From a candidate division WOR-3 bacterium (GTDB lineage: Bacteria > Hydrothermota > Tepidihabitantia > Tepidihabitantales > Tepidihabitantaceae), in the NCBI GenBank assembly GCA_965648905.1, contig CBFGIT010000010.1, positions 32,001-96,000 on the forward strand: a stretch of DNA of 64,000 nt, given 5' to 3'. Shown here one piece after another: positions 11,173 through 20,443 of the stretch. The stretch's first letter is position 1. Each line of letters opens with the position of its first letter. The position numbers and the translations under genes are program-made. The notes beneath the pieces were generated by a model. That model did not search any database, had not been told where the DNA came from, and saw nothing but the letters and a program-made list of their open reading frames with translations.

Positions 11173-12819
11173 CTAGCCGAGAATGGACTTCAGGTCCTGT
11201 GTGGCAGTCGTTATTGGCATGATATTGAACTTGTCCACAAGAATCCGGACAAGGTTCGGTGTAAGGAAGGCGGGAAGAGATGGACCAAGGCGGATGTTCC
11301 TGACGCCGAGGTGGAGCAGGGTGAGAAGCACGGCAACTGCTTTCTGCTCGTACCAGGACAGAATGAACGACAGCGGCAGAGTGTTGATGTCCGTGTTGAA
11401 CTCCCGGGCCAATGCCGAGGCAATCTGAATTGCTGAGTAAGAGTCGTTGCACTGGCCGACGTCGAGAAGACGCGGAATGCCCTCGATCTCGCCGAACTCG
11501 AGTCGGTTGAACTTGAACTTGCCGCAGGCAAGCGTGAGGATGAGGGCGTCGTTGGGTACCAGGCGGGCAAACTCGGTGTAGTAGTTCCGGTCCGGCTTGG
11601 AGCCGTCGCAGCCGCCAATCAAGAAGAAGCGCTTGATCTTGCCGGCTTTGACCAGCGCGATTAGCTTGTCGGCGACAGACAGGACCGCGTTGTGGCCGAA
11701 CCCGACCGTAATGTACTTCGTTTCACCATCGGCAGCGTAGCCAGGAGCCTCAAGCGCAGCTTTGATGACCGGCGAGAAGTTCTTATCCGGGCCGATGTGG
11801 GGCACACCGGGGAACGCCACGAGTCCGGTGGTGAAGATACGGTCTTTGTAAGACTCGCGCGGGCGCTGGATGCAGTTAGTTGTCATCAGGATTGCGCCGG
11901 GGAATTCGGGAAACTCCCGCTGCTGGTTCTGCCAGGCAGTGCCGAAATGGCCGGCAAGGTGTTTGTAGGCTTTGAGTTTGGGATAGCCATGGCAGGGCAG
12001 CATCTCACCGTGGGTGTAGATATTGATGCCTTTGCCCTCGGTCTGCTTGAGCAGCAGTTCAAGGTCCCGAAGGTCATGGCCGGATACGACAATCGCTTTG
12101 CCTTTGAGCGGAGTGATGCGCACGCGGGTCGGCGCCGGGTGGCCGTAGGTCGTGGTGTTGGCCTTGTCGAGCAGCTCCATCACGCCGAGGTTGAGCTTGC
12201 CCACCTCGAGCGCAGTGGCAAGCAGGGTGTCAGCGTCCTGCGTATCTTGAGCGAGCAGGTCAAGGATGCGGTGGAATTCGGCGTAGAGTGCGTCGTTGTC
12301 GTGCCCAAGCACGTGTGCGTGGTCAGCATAAGCAGCCGCACCCTTCAGTCCGAACAGCACGAGGTCGTGCAGGTCGGCAACGTCATCGCCCCAGTTCTCG
12401 TGTCGGGCAAGGATGCCCACCGGCCGTCCCTGTCCGACAAGGCCGCCAATGTCTGGGGCTGGTTGCCAGGTTGCAGGGCCGGAGAGTTGTTTGACCGGTT
12501 GGCCGGCGTGAGCTGCGGCCCGTTCATAGAGCTGCCGGGACCGGTTTTTCAGCTCGCCGGCTTTGAGCAAGAGAGCACTGAGTCGCTCCGGGTCGAAGTC
12601 AACGTTCGTGATGGTCGCGAACAGCGCCTCGACCGTGAAGGCGTTGACCTCAGGGTCGGTTGCGCCCAGCGTTCGGGCCCGGTGGGCGTATTGACTGATA
12701 CCTTTGGCAGCATAGAGCAGCAGGTCCTGAAGCACCGCAGTCGTTTCGTCCTTACCGCAGACACCCTGAACCGTGCAGCCGGTTCCTTTGTTGGTCTGTT
12801 CACACTGATAGCAGAACAT
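11173..12819 (-). CDS. hcp: Hydroxylamine reductase (hybrid cluster protein)
   Basis: MFCYQCEQT...GCTVQGVCGK, SGHDL, THGEMLPCH, GGCDG, DVGQCNDSY, SWYEQKA. Confidence 0.97.
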   Translation of the reverse strand: MFCYQCEQTNKGTGCTVQGVCGKDETTAVLQDLLLYAAKGISQYAHRARTLGATDPEVNAFTVEALFATITNVDFDPERLSALLLKAGELKNRSRQLYERAAAHAGQPVKQLSGPATWQPAPDIGGLVGQGRPVGILARHENWGDDVADLHDLVLFGLKGAAAYADHAHVLGHDNDALYAEFHRILDLLAQDTQDADTLLATALEVGKLNLGVMELLDKANTTTYGHPAPTRVRITPLKGKAIVVSGHDLRDLELLLKQTEGKGINIYTHGEMLPCHGYPKLKAYKHLAGHFGTAWQNQQREFPEFPGAILMTTNCIQRPRESYKDRIFTTGLVAFPGVPHIGPDKNFSPVIKAALEAPGYAADGETKYITVGFGHNAVLSVADKLIALVKAGKIKRFFLIGGCDGSKPDRNYYTEFARLVPNDALILTLACGKFKFNRLEFGEIEGIPRLLDVGQCNDSYSAIQIASALAREFNTDINTLPLSFILSWYEQKAVAVLLTLLHLGVRNIRLGPSLPAFLTPNLVRILVDKFNIMPITTATQDLKSILG

Positions 12820-12828
12820 GCTCAATGG

Positions 12829-13662
12829 TCAGCTCCTGTTCTTGGTTGTTCCGTCCAGGTCAATTGTGATCTGGGCAAAGGGAATGGTCTTGCCTGAGGC
12901 TTTGATTGCCGCGCGGACAAGCTGGACCAGGCCGAAACAGCAGGGCACGGTCATATGGGCGACTGTGACCGATTTCGGTGTGTTGGTCCGAAATATCTCG
13001 GTCAGTTTCTCCTGGTAGGCCAGGGCATCGTCGAGCTTCGGGCAGCCGATGAGCAACACCTTACCTTGAACCAGTTCACGGTGGAAGTTGGGGTGGGCTG
13101 AGCCCACGCAGTCGGCGGATATGAGCAGGTCAGCACCGGCAAGATACGGGGCTGAAGGCGGGATCAGGGTAATCTGAATCGGCCAGTTGCGCAATGCCGA
13201 GGCGGCTCGGGGAACCGGTGAGTCAGACGGCTCAGGAGAAACGGAAGGGGAGATGTGGCGAACCGCAGAGCCTGGGCAGCCGCAGGGCAGGCGCGACGAG
13301 GCGGCCAGCGGGACCGGGATGCTGTGTTTCTTCAGGTAGGCGACGGCCTGGTTGTAGTACTCGGTTGCGCCGTGTTCTTTCAGATGGGCGAGGTGCGCAG
13401 CAATCGTGTTGGTACCGGCCTTGACGATATTCTCCATGACCCGGGTTTCATCGTAAGGTTCGGCGGGCCGCTCCTCAACGGTCATCGCTCCTTCGGGACA
13501 ATGGCCGACGCAGGCTCCGAGACCGTCGCAGAACAGGTCGGATACTAGTCGGGCCTTGCCGTCAATGACCTGGAGCGCACCTTCGGGACAATTCGGGATG
13601 CATTGGCCACAGCCGGTGCATTTCCCTTCGTCTATCCTGATTATCTTCCTTCGTGTTGTCAT
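12829..13662 (-). CDS. 4Fe-4S ferredoxin-domain iron-sulfur protein (hcp-associated)
   Basis: CTGCGQCIPNCP and CDGLGACVGHCP; CGCPGS; NWPIQI, ADC, GCPKLD, VPCC motifs. Confidence 0.9.
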   Translation of the reverse strand: MTTRRKIIRIDEGKCTGCGQCIPNCPEGALQVIDGKARLVSDLFCDGLGACVGHCPEGAMTVEERPAEPYDETRVMENIVKAGTNTIAAHLAHLKEHGATEYYNQAVAYLKKHSIPVPLAASSRLPCGCPGSAVRHISPSVSPEPSDSPVPRAASALRNWPIQITLIPPSAPYLAGADLLISADCVGSAHPNFHRELVQGKVLLIGCPKLDDALAYQEKLTEIFRTNTPKSVTVAHMTVPCCFGLVQLVRAAIKASGKTIPFAQITIDLDGTTKNRS

Positions 13663-13663
13663 G

Positions 13664-14098
13664 TCAGGCTCCTGGAGTTAGGGTAATGTCAGACACAGTT
13701 GTGCGACGGAGCTTGTCGGCCGCCTGCTGGGTCAGGTGATTGAAGAAACTGCCGAGCACGCAGCGCGTACCGTCACAGACCGGGATGGCGAACGGACAAC
13801 CGGTTGATCCGAGCCGACCTTCGAGCGCCTCGTATACTTCCAGCACACTGACTTGGTCTGGTGGCCGGGTAAGCTGGTACCCGCCGGCCGGGCCGCGTGT
13901 GCCGGAGACGATTCCTGCGTGTTCAAGCGAGACCAAGACCTTGGCCAGATGAGCGGCCGAGGCTCTGAGCTCCTGGGCGAGTTCGCGTACGGTCATTCGA
14001 TCAGAGCCGCCCCGGGCAAGGGCCGCTACGGCGTGAAGACCAAGACTCGCTGCCTCGGAGGCACGGAACAGCCGGGAAGGTTGGACGATATTACTCAT
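13664..14098 (-). CDS. Rrf2 family transcriptional regulator
   Basis: HLAKVL..L..AGIV, RGPAGGYQL, VLEVYEALEG, three Cys (CPF..PVC....C). Confidence 0.92.
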   Translation of the reverse strand: MSNIVQPSRLFRASEAASLGLHAVAALARGGSDRMTVRELAQELRASAAHLAKVLVSLEHAGIVSGTRGPAGGYQLTRPPDQVSVLEVYEALEGRLGSTGCPFAIPVCDGTRCVLGSFFNHLTQQAADKLRRTTVSDITLTPGA

Positions 14099-14107
14099 TA
14101 CTGTACC

Positions 14108-14135
14108 AGATTACCAGATTTAGACTCTGAGTCAA
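14108..14135 (-). promoter_or_regulatory. Sigma70-type promoter of the rrf2-ferredoxin-hcp operon
   Basis: TTGACT-16 nt-TAATCT with TG extension; overlaps a TACCAGAT direct repeat at 14104-14119. Confidence 0.6.
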
Positions 14136-14209
14136 GCGGAAGGATGCTTCTGTTGACAGCCGAGGTTTTTGTATCATCATCTCTTGGCGAACTAAGCCAA
14201 GGAGTGTTC

Positions 14210-15469
14210 ATGAGAACGTTGCTGTTTGTCTTGACCGCTGTCGGACTGTGCTTTGCCCAGCCGCGCTGGGTGCAGATGGACCCGGTGCCGCCGCTGCCGT
14301 CGGGCCGGGCAGTGAGCGATGGTGCCTGGCTCGAGCCGGTCATCCGGCCGAGCGGACTTGCCGTCTACGCGGCAAAGGGCAACCGGACCAGTGACTTCTA
14401 CGCTTATATGGTTGCCGATGACTCGTGGCGAACCATGCCGGGAGTGCCGCTTGGTACCGAGAACAAGACCGTGGACGAAGGTTCGAAAGGGGTCTCCGAC
14501 GGAGCCGACGCAATCTATGTAACCAAGGGCAACAACTCGTTCGGGTTCCACCGATTCAACGTGACGAGCGGGGAATGGGTGCAACTGCCTGATGTACCGT
14601 CGGGGCCGGACTCAAGCCGACTCCGAGGTGGAACCGATCTGGTGCACGTGGAGCGCGGTGGGTCAGGCTATGTCTATCTGCTGAAGGGGCAGTCAGGCGA
14701 GTTCTGTCGCTTCGACATTTCGGACCAGAGTTGGGCTTTCTTGCCGCACGCACCGGTCGGCAGTGAGCCGCTCTGGGGCTTCGGTTCCTGGCTGGCCTAC
14801 GATGGTGCCAGGTACATCCTTGCGCACAAGGCGCGGGCGAACGAGCTCTGGGTGTTTGACGTGACCGCCGACTCATGGCTTGCTTCGCCGAAGACCGGCA
14901 TGCCCTTCGTCGGCCGGGGCGGGCAGGCAATGCAGTCCGGACCTGGTGGCTGTGCTGAGTGGTTCGGGGGTAGCGTCTACGCGCTCAAAGGGAACGGCTC
15001 TCCTGAACTCTGGCGGTACTTTTCGTCCGGCGACAGTTGGCGCCAGTTGGAGGATATTCCGGTTGCCGTCGGTGGTGGTGGCGCGCTTGCGCTCGGCGAC
15101 TCGGGCCCGGGCGGTTCGAGATACTTCTACGCACTGGTCGGCAGCAGCCGGTACGATCTCTGGCGCTATCGTGCCGGCGGAGTTCCGGCAGTGGGGGAAA
15201 AAGGACTTGGTCGACTGGGCCGGGTATCGGTAGTGCCATCACCGCTCAGAGATGGTAGAGGCATGCTAAGATACAACCTGTCCGGCGCGGGCGTCGCGCG
15301 GCTGAGTCTCTGCGACCTCACTGGCAGACGGCGTTGGTATCACCGGGTGGTCTTGCCGGACAGCGGCCAGGTGCCGCTGTCACTGAGCGGGCTTGCTCCG
15401 GGCACTTACTTCCTGTTCGTTGAGACTGGTTCCTACAGCGGTGTGCTGCGGGTCGTGCTGGCGCGCTAG
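14210..15469 (+). CDS. Secreted Kelch-like beta-propeller protein with T9SS-type C-terminal domain
   Basis: Signal peptide MRTLLFVLTAVGLCFA; repeated YAAKGNR/YVTKGNN/YALKGNG blades; C-terminal L.DLTGR...LAPGTYFL; SD AAGGAG. Confidence 0.8.
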   Translation: MRTLLFVLTAVGLCFAQPRWVQMDPVPPLPSGRAVSDGAWLEPVIRPSGLAVYAAKGNRTSDFYAYMVADDSWRTMPGVPLGTENKTVDEGSKGVSDGADAIYVTKGNNSFGFHRFNVTSGEWVQLPDVPSGPDSSRLRGGTDLVHVERGGSGYVYLLKGQSGEFCRFDISDQSWAFLPHAPVGSEPLWGFGSWLAYDGARYILAHKARANELWVFDVTADSWLASPKTGMPFVGRGGQAMQSGPGGCAEWFGGSVYALKGNGSPELWRYFSSGDSWRQLEDIPVAVGGGGALALGDSGPGGSRYFYALVGSSRYDLWRYRAGGVPAVGEKGLGRLGRVSVVPSPLRDGRGMLRYNLSGAGVARLSLCDLTGRRRWYHRVVLPDSGQVPLSLSGLAPGTYFLFVETGSYSGVLRVVLAR

Positions 15470-16597
15470 TCACGAGCCGGCTGCCAACAGGCAGCGGGCT
15501 GCGGTGTCGGCACCAGTAAGAGAGAAACGGCCAAACCCGAGTTCTGCCATTCGGACCAACTGGCCTGACTGCCTGAGTTGGGTCAATGTCTGGGCAAGTC
15601 CATGCGCTTCGGCCATGGTACGCACTGGTTGACATACTCCCTGTCCCATGGCAAACGCCATGTTCTCCGGTGCGAATGGACCGATGTTGGGCAGCAGTGC
15701 AAACATGGGCAGGCCGAGTCCGACTGCCCAGTTGGTGCGTTCGTGCGCCGCAGCGACCATCACGTCGAGATTGGGCAGCAGCCTGACCGTGCGTGCGGTC
15801 TCAGTCTGCGGGCTGTCAGCCCAGACGATTTGCGAACCGTCTTCAGCAACTCCGAGCCGGCTCAGAATTGCCCGTAGTCTGGCCGCACGCAGCCAGCCGC
15901 TGCCCCAGAACAGAATCGTCTTGTGCCCGGCACGGGTCAACGAGACGGTGGCGGCGATGATGCGGTTGACATGGGGACGCGGGTATGCACCAGAGGAGAA
16001 GAGACCAACGGTCAACGGAGCTTCTGACCGCAGGCGCGCGACCCGGGCCAGAAATGCAGCCTCGGCACCGGGCAGCAGGTCAGGCTCGACCACGAGTCCG
16101 GTGACCGTCATGTTCTCGCGTCTGACCCCGTGTGCTGTAAGACGCGAAGCGGTGTGTTCAAGCGGCACGAATGTCTGCCACGCCTCGGGTACGGCTGCGC
16201 TTGCCGGTGTGGCAATCTCGCCGTGCAGGTAGGCGACCCTGCAGGTTCGGCACAGGATGTGGGCGAGAAGAGGATGGTCAACCAGACAGACACCACTGTA
16301 GCCAGTCAGCTCTTGTCTGAGTTGTGAGCCGAGCGCGGCGAGCGACAGCCCGGATGGGTTTGCACCAGACCGGCGCAAGAGGTTGTACAGCCAGGTTGCC
16401 GGGCCGCCGAGGCCTCCAAGCCGATAGCCCGCGCGCAGTGCCTGCCAAGCCAGGTTATCCAATCTTCTGCTGACTCGACGGATCGAGCAGGCAGGGTTGA
16501 CTGCTGCCAGCGCCCGGAGTACCGCGTCCAAGTAGCCCGGGTGCCCCCGGCCGATGCCAGAGCAGGCCACAGTGAGTTCGGGAGCCTGCGTCGGCAT
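15470..16597 (-). CDS. Hypothetical protein, possibly GT-B glycosyltransferase-like
   Basis: 375-aa ORF with IGRGHPGY at the N-terminus, VTGLVVEP, and DVMVAAAHERTNWAVGLGLPM; family assignment weak. Confidence 0.55.
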   Translation of the reverse strand: MPTQAPELTVACSGIGRGHPGYLDAVLRALAAVNPACSIRRVSRRLDNLAWQALRAGYRLGGLGGPATWLYNLLRRSGANPSGLSLAALGSQLRQELTGYSGVCLVDHPLLAHILCRTCRVAYLHGEIATPASAAVPEAWQTFVPLEHTASRLTAHGVRRENMTVTGLVVEPDLLPGAEAAFLARVARLRSEAPLTVGLFSSGAYPRPHVNRIIAATVSLTRAGHKTILFWGSGWLRAARLRAILSRLGVAEDGSQIVWADSPQTETARTVRLLPNLDVMVAAAHERTNWAVGLGLPMFALLPNIGPFAPENMAFAMGQGVCQPVRTMAEAHGLAQTLTQLRQSGQLVRMAELGFGRFSLTGADTAARCLLAAGS

Positions 16598-16600
16598 CGG

Positions 16601-17461
16601 CTACGAACCGTTGGCCAGGGTAGTCGGAGGATTGCGGTCAGCCAGTGCTTGGCCCTGAGTTTGACAGCCTGGGCAGTAGCTGGTCAGCATCCGTCCGTCG
16701 TGCACGACTCTGACGACCGAACCGCAGCGCGAACAAGGTTCTCCCTGCCGGCGATGGATCTTGAGAAACGGCCGGTCTGACTCACTTGGCAGGCGGTCTG
16801 GAGGCAGGGATCGGTGGTGGACGACGGCTATCCCGAGGACCTTCTTCAGAGCAGAGTGCAGTCGGATGACCGCCTCGCGCTTCAATTCGAGTGTGGTCTG
16901 GAACGGCGACAACCGGGCTTCAAACAGGACTTCGTCCGCATACGCGCTGCCGACACCGGCCAGGATGCGCTTGTCGGTCAGCACGTGCCGGATTGGGCGA
17001 TTCCGCCGGCTGAGCACGGTAGTGAAACGGTTGAGGGTGAAGGCCGGACTAAGTGGGTCAAGACCTGGCTCGGTACGGTGTGGAATTGTGTCCAAGTTCT
17101 GTACCAGGTACGCGGCAAGTCGAGGCGGTCGGCCTGGGTCGGTTGCGCCTACACCGGCATGGCCTTCAAAGTGGATGACGATGCAGCTTGAGCCCGGGCG
17201 GGTGGAGCCGGACCGAACTAGCTCCAGCCGGCCGCCGCGGGTGAAATCAAGGTCCAGGTGTAGGCCGGTGCCGAAGTCAAAGGTGAGATGCTGACCCTGA
17301 CGGGTGATGTTACTCACGTGAGCCGAGCACAGGGATTCAAGCGGTGCTGTCTGTCTCTTCATCACCGAACGTTGGAGCAATAGTGCGCCACTGACTTTGC
17401 GGCCGACAAGAGCTGGTCGCAGTCGCTCGCGAATGATGTCGAGTTCGGGCAACTCAAGCAT
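16601..17461 (-). CDS. Fpg/Nei family DNA glycosylase with C-terminal zinc finger
   Basis: ELPEL N-terminus, AGVGSAYADEVLFEARLSP (H2TH), CSRCG...YCPGCQ; Pro2 replaced by Leu. Confidence 0.88.
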   Translation of the reverse strand: MLELPELDIIRERLRPALVGRKVSGALLLQRSVMKRQTAPLESLCSAHVSNITRQGQHLTFDFGTGLHLDLDFTRGGRLELVRSGSTRPGSSCIVIHFEGHAGVGATDPGRPPRLAAYLVQNLDTIPHRTEPGLDPLSPAFTLNRFTTVLSRRNRPIRHVLTDKRILAGVGSAYADEVLFEARLSPFQTTLELKREAVIRLHSALKKVLGIAVVHHRSLPPDRLPSESDRPFLKIHRRQGEPCSRCGSVVRVVHDGRMLTSYCPGCQTQGQALADRNPPTTLANGS

Positions 17462-17466
17462 GTATG

Positions 17467-17495
17467 AAGATAGAGCCGAATCGCAAGTGAGTCAA
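17467..17495 (-). promoter_or_regulatory. Leaderless sigma70 promoter of the Fpg/Nei gene
   Basis: TTGACT-17 nt-TATCTT, 5 nt before ATG. Confidence 0.65.
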
Positions 17496-17554
17496 ACCGG
17501 GACGGCTTCAGATTGTCGCGCTTGACTTCGGCTCGGCGCTCGCTATCCTGTATA

Positions 17555-17616
17555 TGTCCTCGGTCATGAACGAGGACTCAAAGCAAGAGAGCCGCAGGGC
17601 GGCTCCTTCTGTTTTT
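17555..17616 (+). ncRNA. Candidate ~60-nt small RNA
   Basis: Upstream TTGACT(17522)-16 nt-TATCCT(17544); hairpin GTCCTCG/CGAGGAC; terminator GAGCCGC/GCGGCTC followed by CTTCTGTTTTT. Confidence 0.45.
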
Positions 17617-17631
17617 CCTGAGCGCGTTGGT

Positions 17632-18384
17632 CTAGTACTCGCCGCGGTTGAAGAAATAGACCGCGGCTCCAGTTGCGACCGCGCCAAACACCACCAGGAA
17701 CCCAAGGTCGAACCACACCGGATAGAACCCGAATCCAAGTACCAGCCGTCTGACCAGGTCCACGCCGTAGGTTAGTGGGTTCAGGCGCACGAGCACATCG
17801 AGCCAGGAAGGCAGGCCGCGCATCGGGAAAAGTGCGCCCGAAAGGAACCACATCGGCATGATGACGAAGTTCATGATTGTACCGAATCCCTGGAACGAAG
17901 TCATGCGGGCGGCGATGACGATGCCGATGCCGGTGAGGGAGAATGACATCAGGGCCATCACCAGCATCAGCGGCACGATGTTCGGAAGCGGCAGGCGGAC
18001 GTGGACGAGCGGGGCGAGGAGCATGATGATGCTGCCTTGGATGAGCGAAAGCGTGGTGCCGGCAAGGCCCTTGCCGATTACGATTGACGTGCGCGGAACC
18101 GGCGCAACCAGAATCTCCTTGAGAAAGCCGAACTCTCGGTCCCAGATGATACTGATGGCCGACTGAATCGACGTGAAGATTGTGGTCATTGCGATGATGC
18201 CCGGGAAGATGAATTGGGTATAGTTGACGTTCTCAACCCGGCCGTACGAGCCACGCAGGCCCATGCCGAGGATGAAGAGCCAGAGGGCGGGTCGGGCGAG
18301 CGAGCCGTAGAGTTGGCTCCTTTCTCGGAAGTAGCGAATGAAGTCCCGTAACCAGATCATGTAGATGCAGGCAAAGTCAATCAT
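17632..18384 (-). CDS. ABC-2 type transporter permease
   Basis: FIFPGIIAM, WDREFGFLKEILVAPV, PMWFLSGALFP, LNPLTYGVD. Confidence 0.92.
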   Translation of the reverse strand: MIDFACIYMIWLRDFIRYFRERSQLYGSLARPALWLFILGMGLRGSYGRVENVNYTQFIFPGIIAMTTIFTSIQSAISIIWDREFGFLKEILVAPVPRTSIVIGKGLAGTTLSLIQGSIIMLLAPLVHVRLPLPNIVPLMLVMALMSFSLTGIGIVIAARMTSFQGFGTIMNFVIMPMWFLSGALFPMRGLPSWLDVLVRLNPLTYGVDLVRRLVLGFGFYPVWFDLGFLVVFGAVATGAAVYFFNRGEY

Positions 18385-18463
18385 ACGCGGACGACCCCGG
18401 AAGTGAACTTCGAGGATGCAGGGAACGGAACGAATGAAGGCCCTGGATTCCGACTTCGCTCGG

Positions 18464-19474
18464 TCATCGCCACGCCCTTCCCATACGACGCAAGCGAGTC
18501 TTGAGTTTCTCACGACCCGAAGCTTCGTCGTCGCGGATTTCCCGGCCGGTGAGTCTGAGGAAGACGTCGTCCAGAGTCGGCGGGTGAACCGACACCGCAA
18601 ACACCGGCACCGACAGTTCGTGTATGAGCTTCGGCACGAACTCGGCTCCGTTCTTGACCTCAAAGCGCACGCCTTCGTTGTCCACCATTACCGGTGTGGG
18701 ATGTGCTCTGTCGACAAGTCCTGTGTTGAGCAGTTGGCGTACTTCGGCCGCGGCCTTCTCATTATCGCTGGTCGACAGGCGAATGCGGTCACCCTGCACC
18801 TGCTCTTTGAGGCGCGCCGGCGTATCCAAGGCGACTATCCGACCGTGGTCAATGATGGCAATCCGGTCGCAGTATTCGGCTTCATCCATGTAGTGGGTCG
18901 TCAGGAAGAGGGTCATGTTCCGCTCACGGCGGAGCGTCATCAGTCGCTCCCAGATACGGTTGCGCGTCTGCGGGTCAAGGCCCAGTGTCGGTTCGTCGAG
19001 GAAGAACACCCGCGGTTCATGCAGCAGTCCACGGCCGATTTCCAACCGGCGTTTCATCCCGCCCGAGTAGTTCCGCACTAGGTCATCAGCCCGGTCTTCA
19101 AGTTTCATCCAATTGAGTGCGTCAGCGATTCGCTGTCTAAGTTCGGATTTCGGCACCCGGTAGACCATGGCGTGGAACCGCAGGTTTTCACGTGCGGTCA
19201 GTCGGTCGTCGAGCGACGGGTCCTGGAAGATGATACCGATCGACTTCCGCACCTGGTTGTGCTCGCGGACAACGTCGTGTCCGGCTACCTCTGCCTGACC
19301 CGCACTCGGACGGGTGAGGGTACAGAGCATGCGCACGGTTGTGGTCTTGCCTGCGCCGTTTGGTCCGAGAAACCCGAATACCTCGCCGGGCTGTACAGCG
19401 AACGATATGTGGTCAACAGCCAGCAAGCCCTTGAATTCCTTGGTCAGACTGTCGACTCGGATGATCGGTGGCAT
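18464..19474 (-). CDS. ABC transporter ATP-binding protein (DrrA-like)
   Basis: GPNGAGKTT, YSGGMKRRLE, FLDEPTLGLDP, TTHYMDEAE. Confidence 0.95.
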   Translation of the reverse strand: MPPIIRVDSLTKEFKGLLAVDHISFAVQPGEVFGFLGPNGAGKTTTVRMLCTLTRPSAGQAEVAGHDVVREHNQVRKSIGIIFQDPSLDDRLTARENLRFHAMVYRVPKSELRQRIADALNWMKLEDRADDLVRNYSGGMKRRLEIGRGLLHEPRVFFLDEPTLGLDPQTRNRIWERLMTLRRERNMTLFLTTHYMDEAEYCDRIAIIDHGRIVALDTPARLKEQVQGDRIRLSTSDNEKAAAEVRQLLNTGLVDRAHPTPVMVDNEGVRFEVKNGAEFVPKLIHELSVPVFAVSVHPPTLDDVFLRLTGREIRDDEASGREKLKTRLRRMGRAWR

Positions 19475-19480
19475 CGTCCG

Positions 19481-20362
19481 TTATCCGGCCGGTTCAACCT
19501 TCTTCTGCACGTCTACTGCCGCCAGGTAGATGCCGGCACAGATGACCGCACCGCCCACGGCTTCGTATGGTGTCGGTGCCTGTCTGAGCAGAGCCCAGGC
19601 GAGCAGCGTTGTTCCGACCGGCTCGCCGAGCACAGCCATGGCCACGGTCGGCGCCGATACGTACCTGAGCGCCCAGTTGAAGCTCGTGTGTCCGAGCAAC
19701 TGAGGACCGAGGCCGAGCAGGATGATGAAGAGCCACGCTTTCGGGTCGGATACCCGGACGCCTCTTGTGAGCATCGCCACGACCAGCAGTGCCGCCGCGA
19801 TACTGTAGACAACGTAGATGTATGAGACGAGCGACAGATTCGGCCGTACGCGTCTGCCAGCCATGAGATAGCCGCCGGCACAGGCCGCACCGGCCAAAGC
19901 CAACAGGTTGCCGACAGTAGTGCCGGGTGACTTGAGCGCGGGCCCGGCAATGACCGCAGCGCCGAGCAGACCGAGCACCACTGCAAGCACGATGCGCCAC
20001 GATATCCTCTCCTCGAGCGCCAGCGGTGACAGGGCCGCGACAAAGATCGGGTTCATGGCCACGAGTACAACCGACGAGGCGACCGAGGTTCGATTCAGAG
20101 ACTCTATCCAAAATGCGAAGTGGGCGGCGAGCAGTAGCCCGGCGAGAGCCATCGGCCCCAGCGGTACCCTGCGCAGCTCGGACCGGCGCTCGGTCGGCCG
20201 GGTCCAGAAGAACGGTGAGAGTACCAGCGCGGCAACGACCATACGTCCGGCGGCAATCACGATGCTCGGCGCGGGCGTGACTTTGATGATGATGGACGCG
20301 AATGACAAGACCACGATACCGGCGCCCAGACCGGCGAGTACACGCATGCGAGACACAGCCAA
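19481..20362 (-). CDS. DMT/EamA family transporter
   Basis: About 10 hydrophobic segments; GHTSFNWAL, LGEPVG. Confidence 0.88.
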   Translation of the reverse strand: MAVSRMRVLAGLGAGIVVLSFASIIIKVTPAPSIVIAAGRMVVAALVLSPFFWTRPTERRSELRRVPLGPMALAGLLLAAHFAFWIESLNRTSVASSVVLVAMNPIFVAALSPLALEERISWRIVLAVVLGLLGAAVIAGPALKSPGTTVGNLLALAGAACAGGYLMAGRRVRPNLSLVSYIYVVYSIAAALLVVAMLTRGVRVSDPKAWLFIILLGLGPQLLGHTSFNWALRYVSAPTVAMAVLGEPVGTTLLAWALLRQAPTPYEAVGGAVICAGIYLAAVDVQKKVEPAG

Positions 20363-20443
20363 GGAGTAACTTTGTCCGGCATCCGTGCAAAGTCAAGGAC
20401 AACCTGTGGCTTGACCGTCGAGGCTGCTGCCCTATACTCGGAC

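Noticed and set aside
13853..14209. N-terminal extensions in the ORF track (13853, 18663, 20372, 26931, 33336, 34126, 36731, 43959, 53717)
   Set aside because: They overlap neighbouring genes or promoters; downstream starts match SD sites, promoters, signal peptides or family N-termini
17554..17775. 73-aa + strand ORF after the 17522 promoter
   Set aside because: It crosses a terminator and runs antisense into the permease; a short RNA explains the signals better
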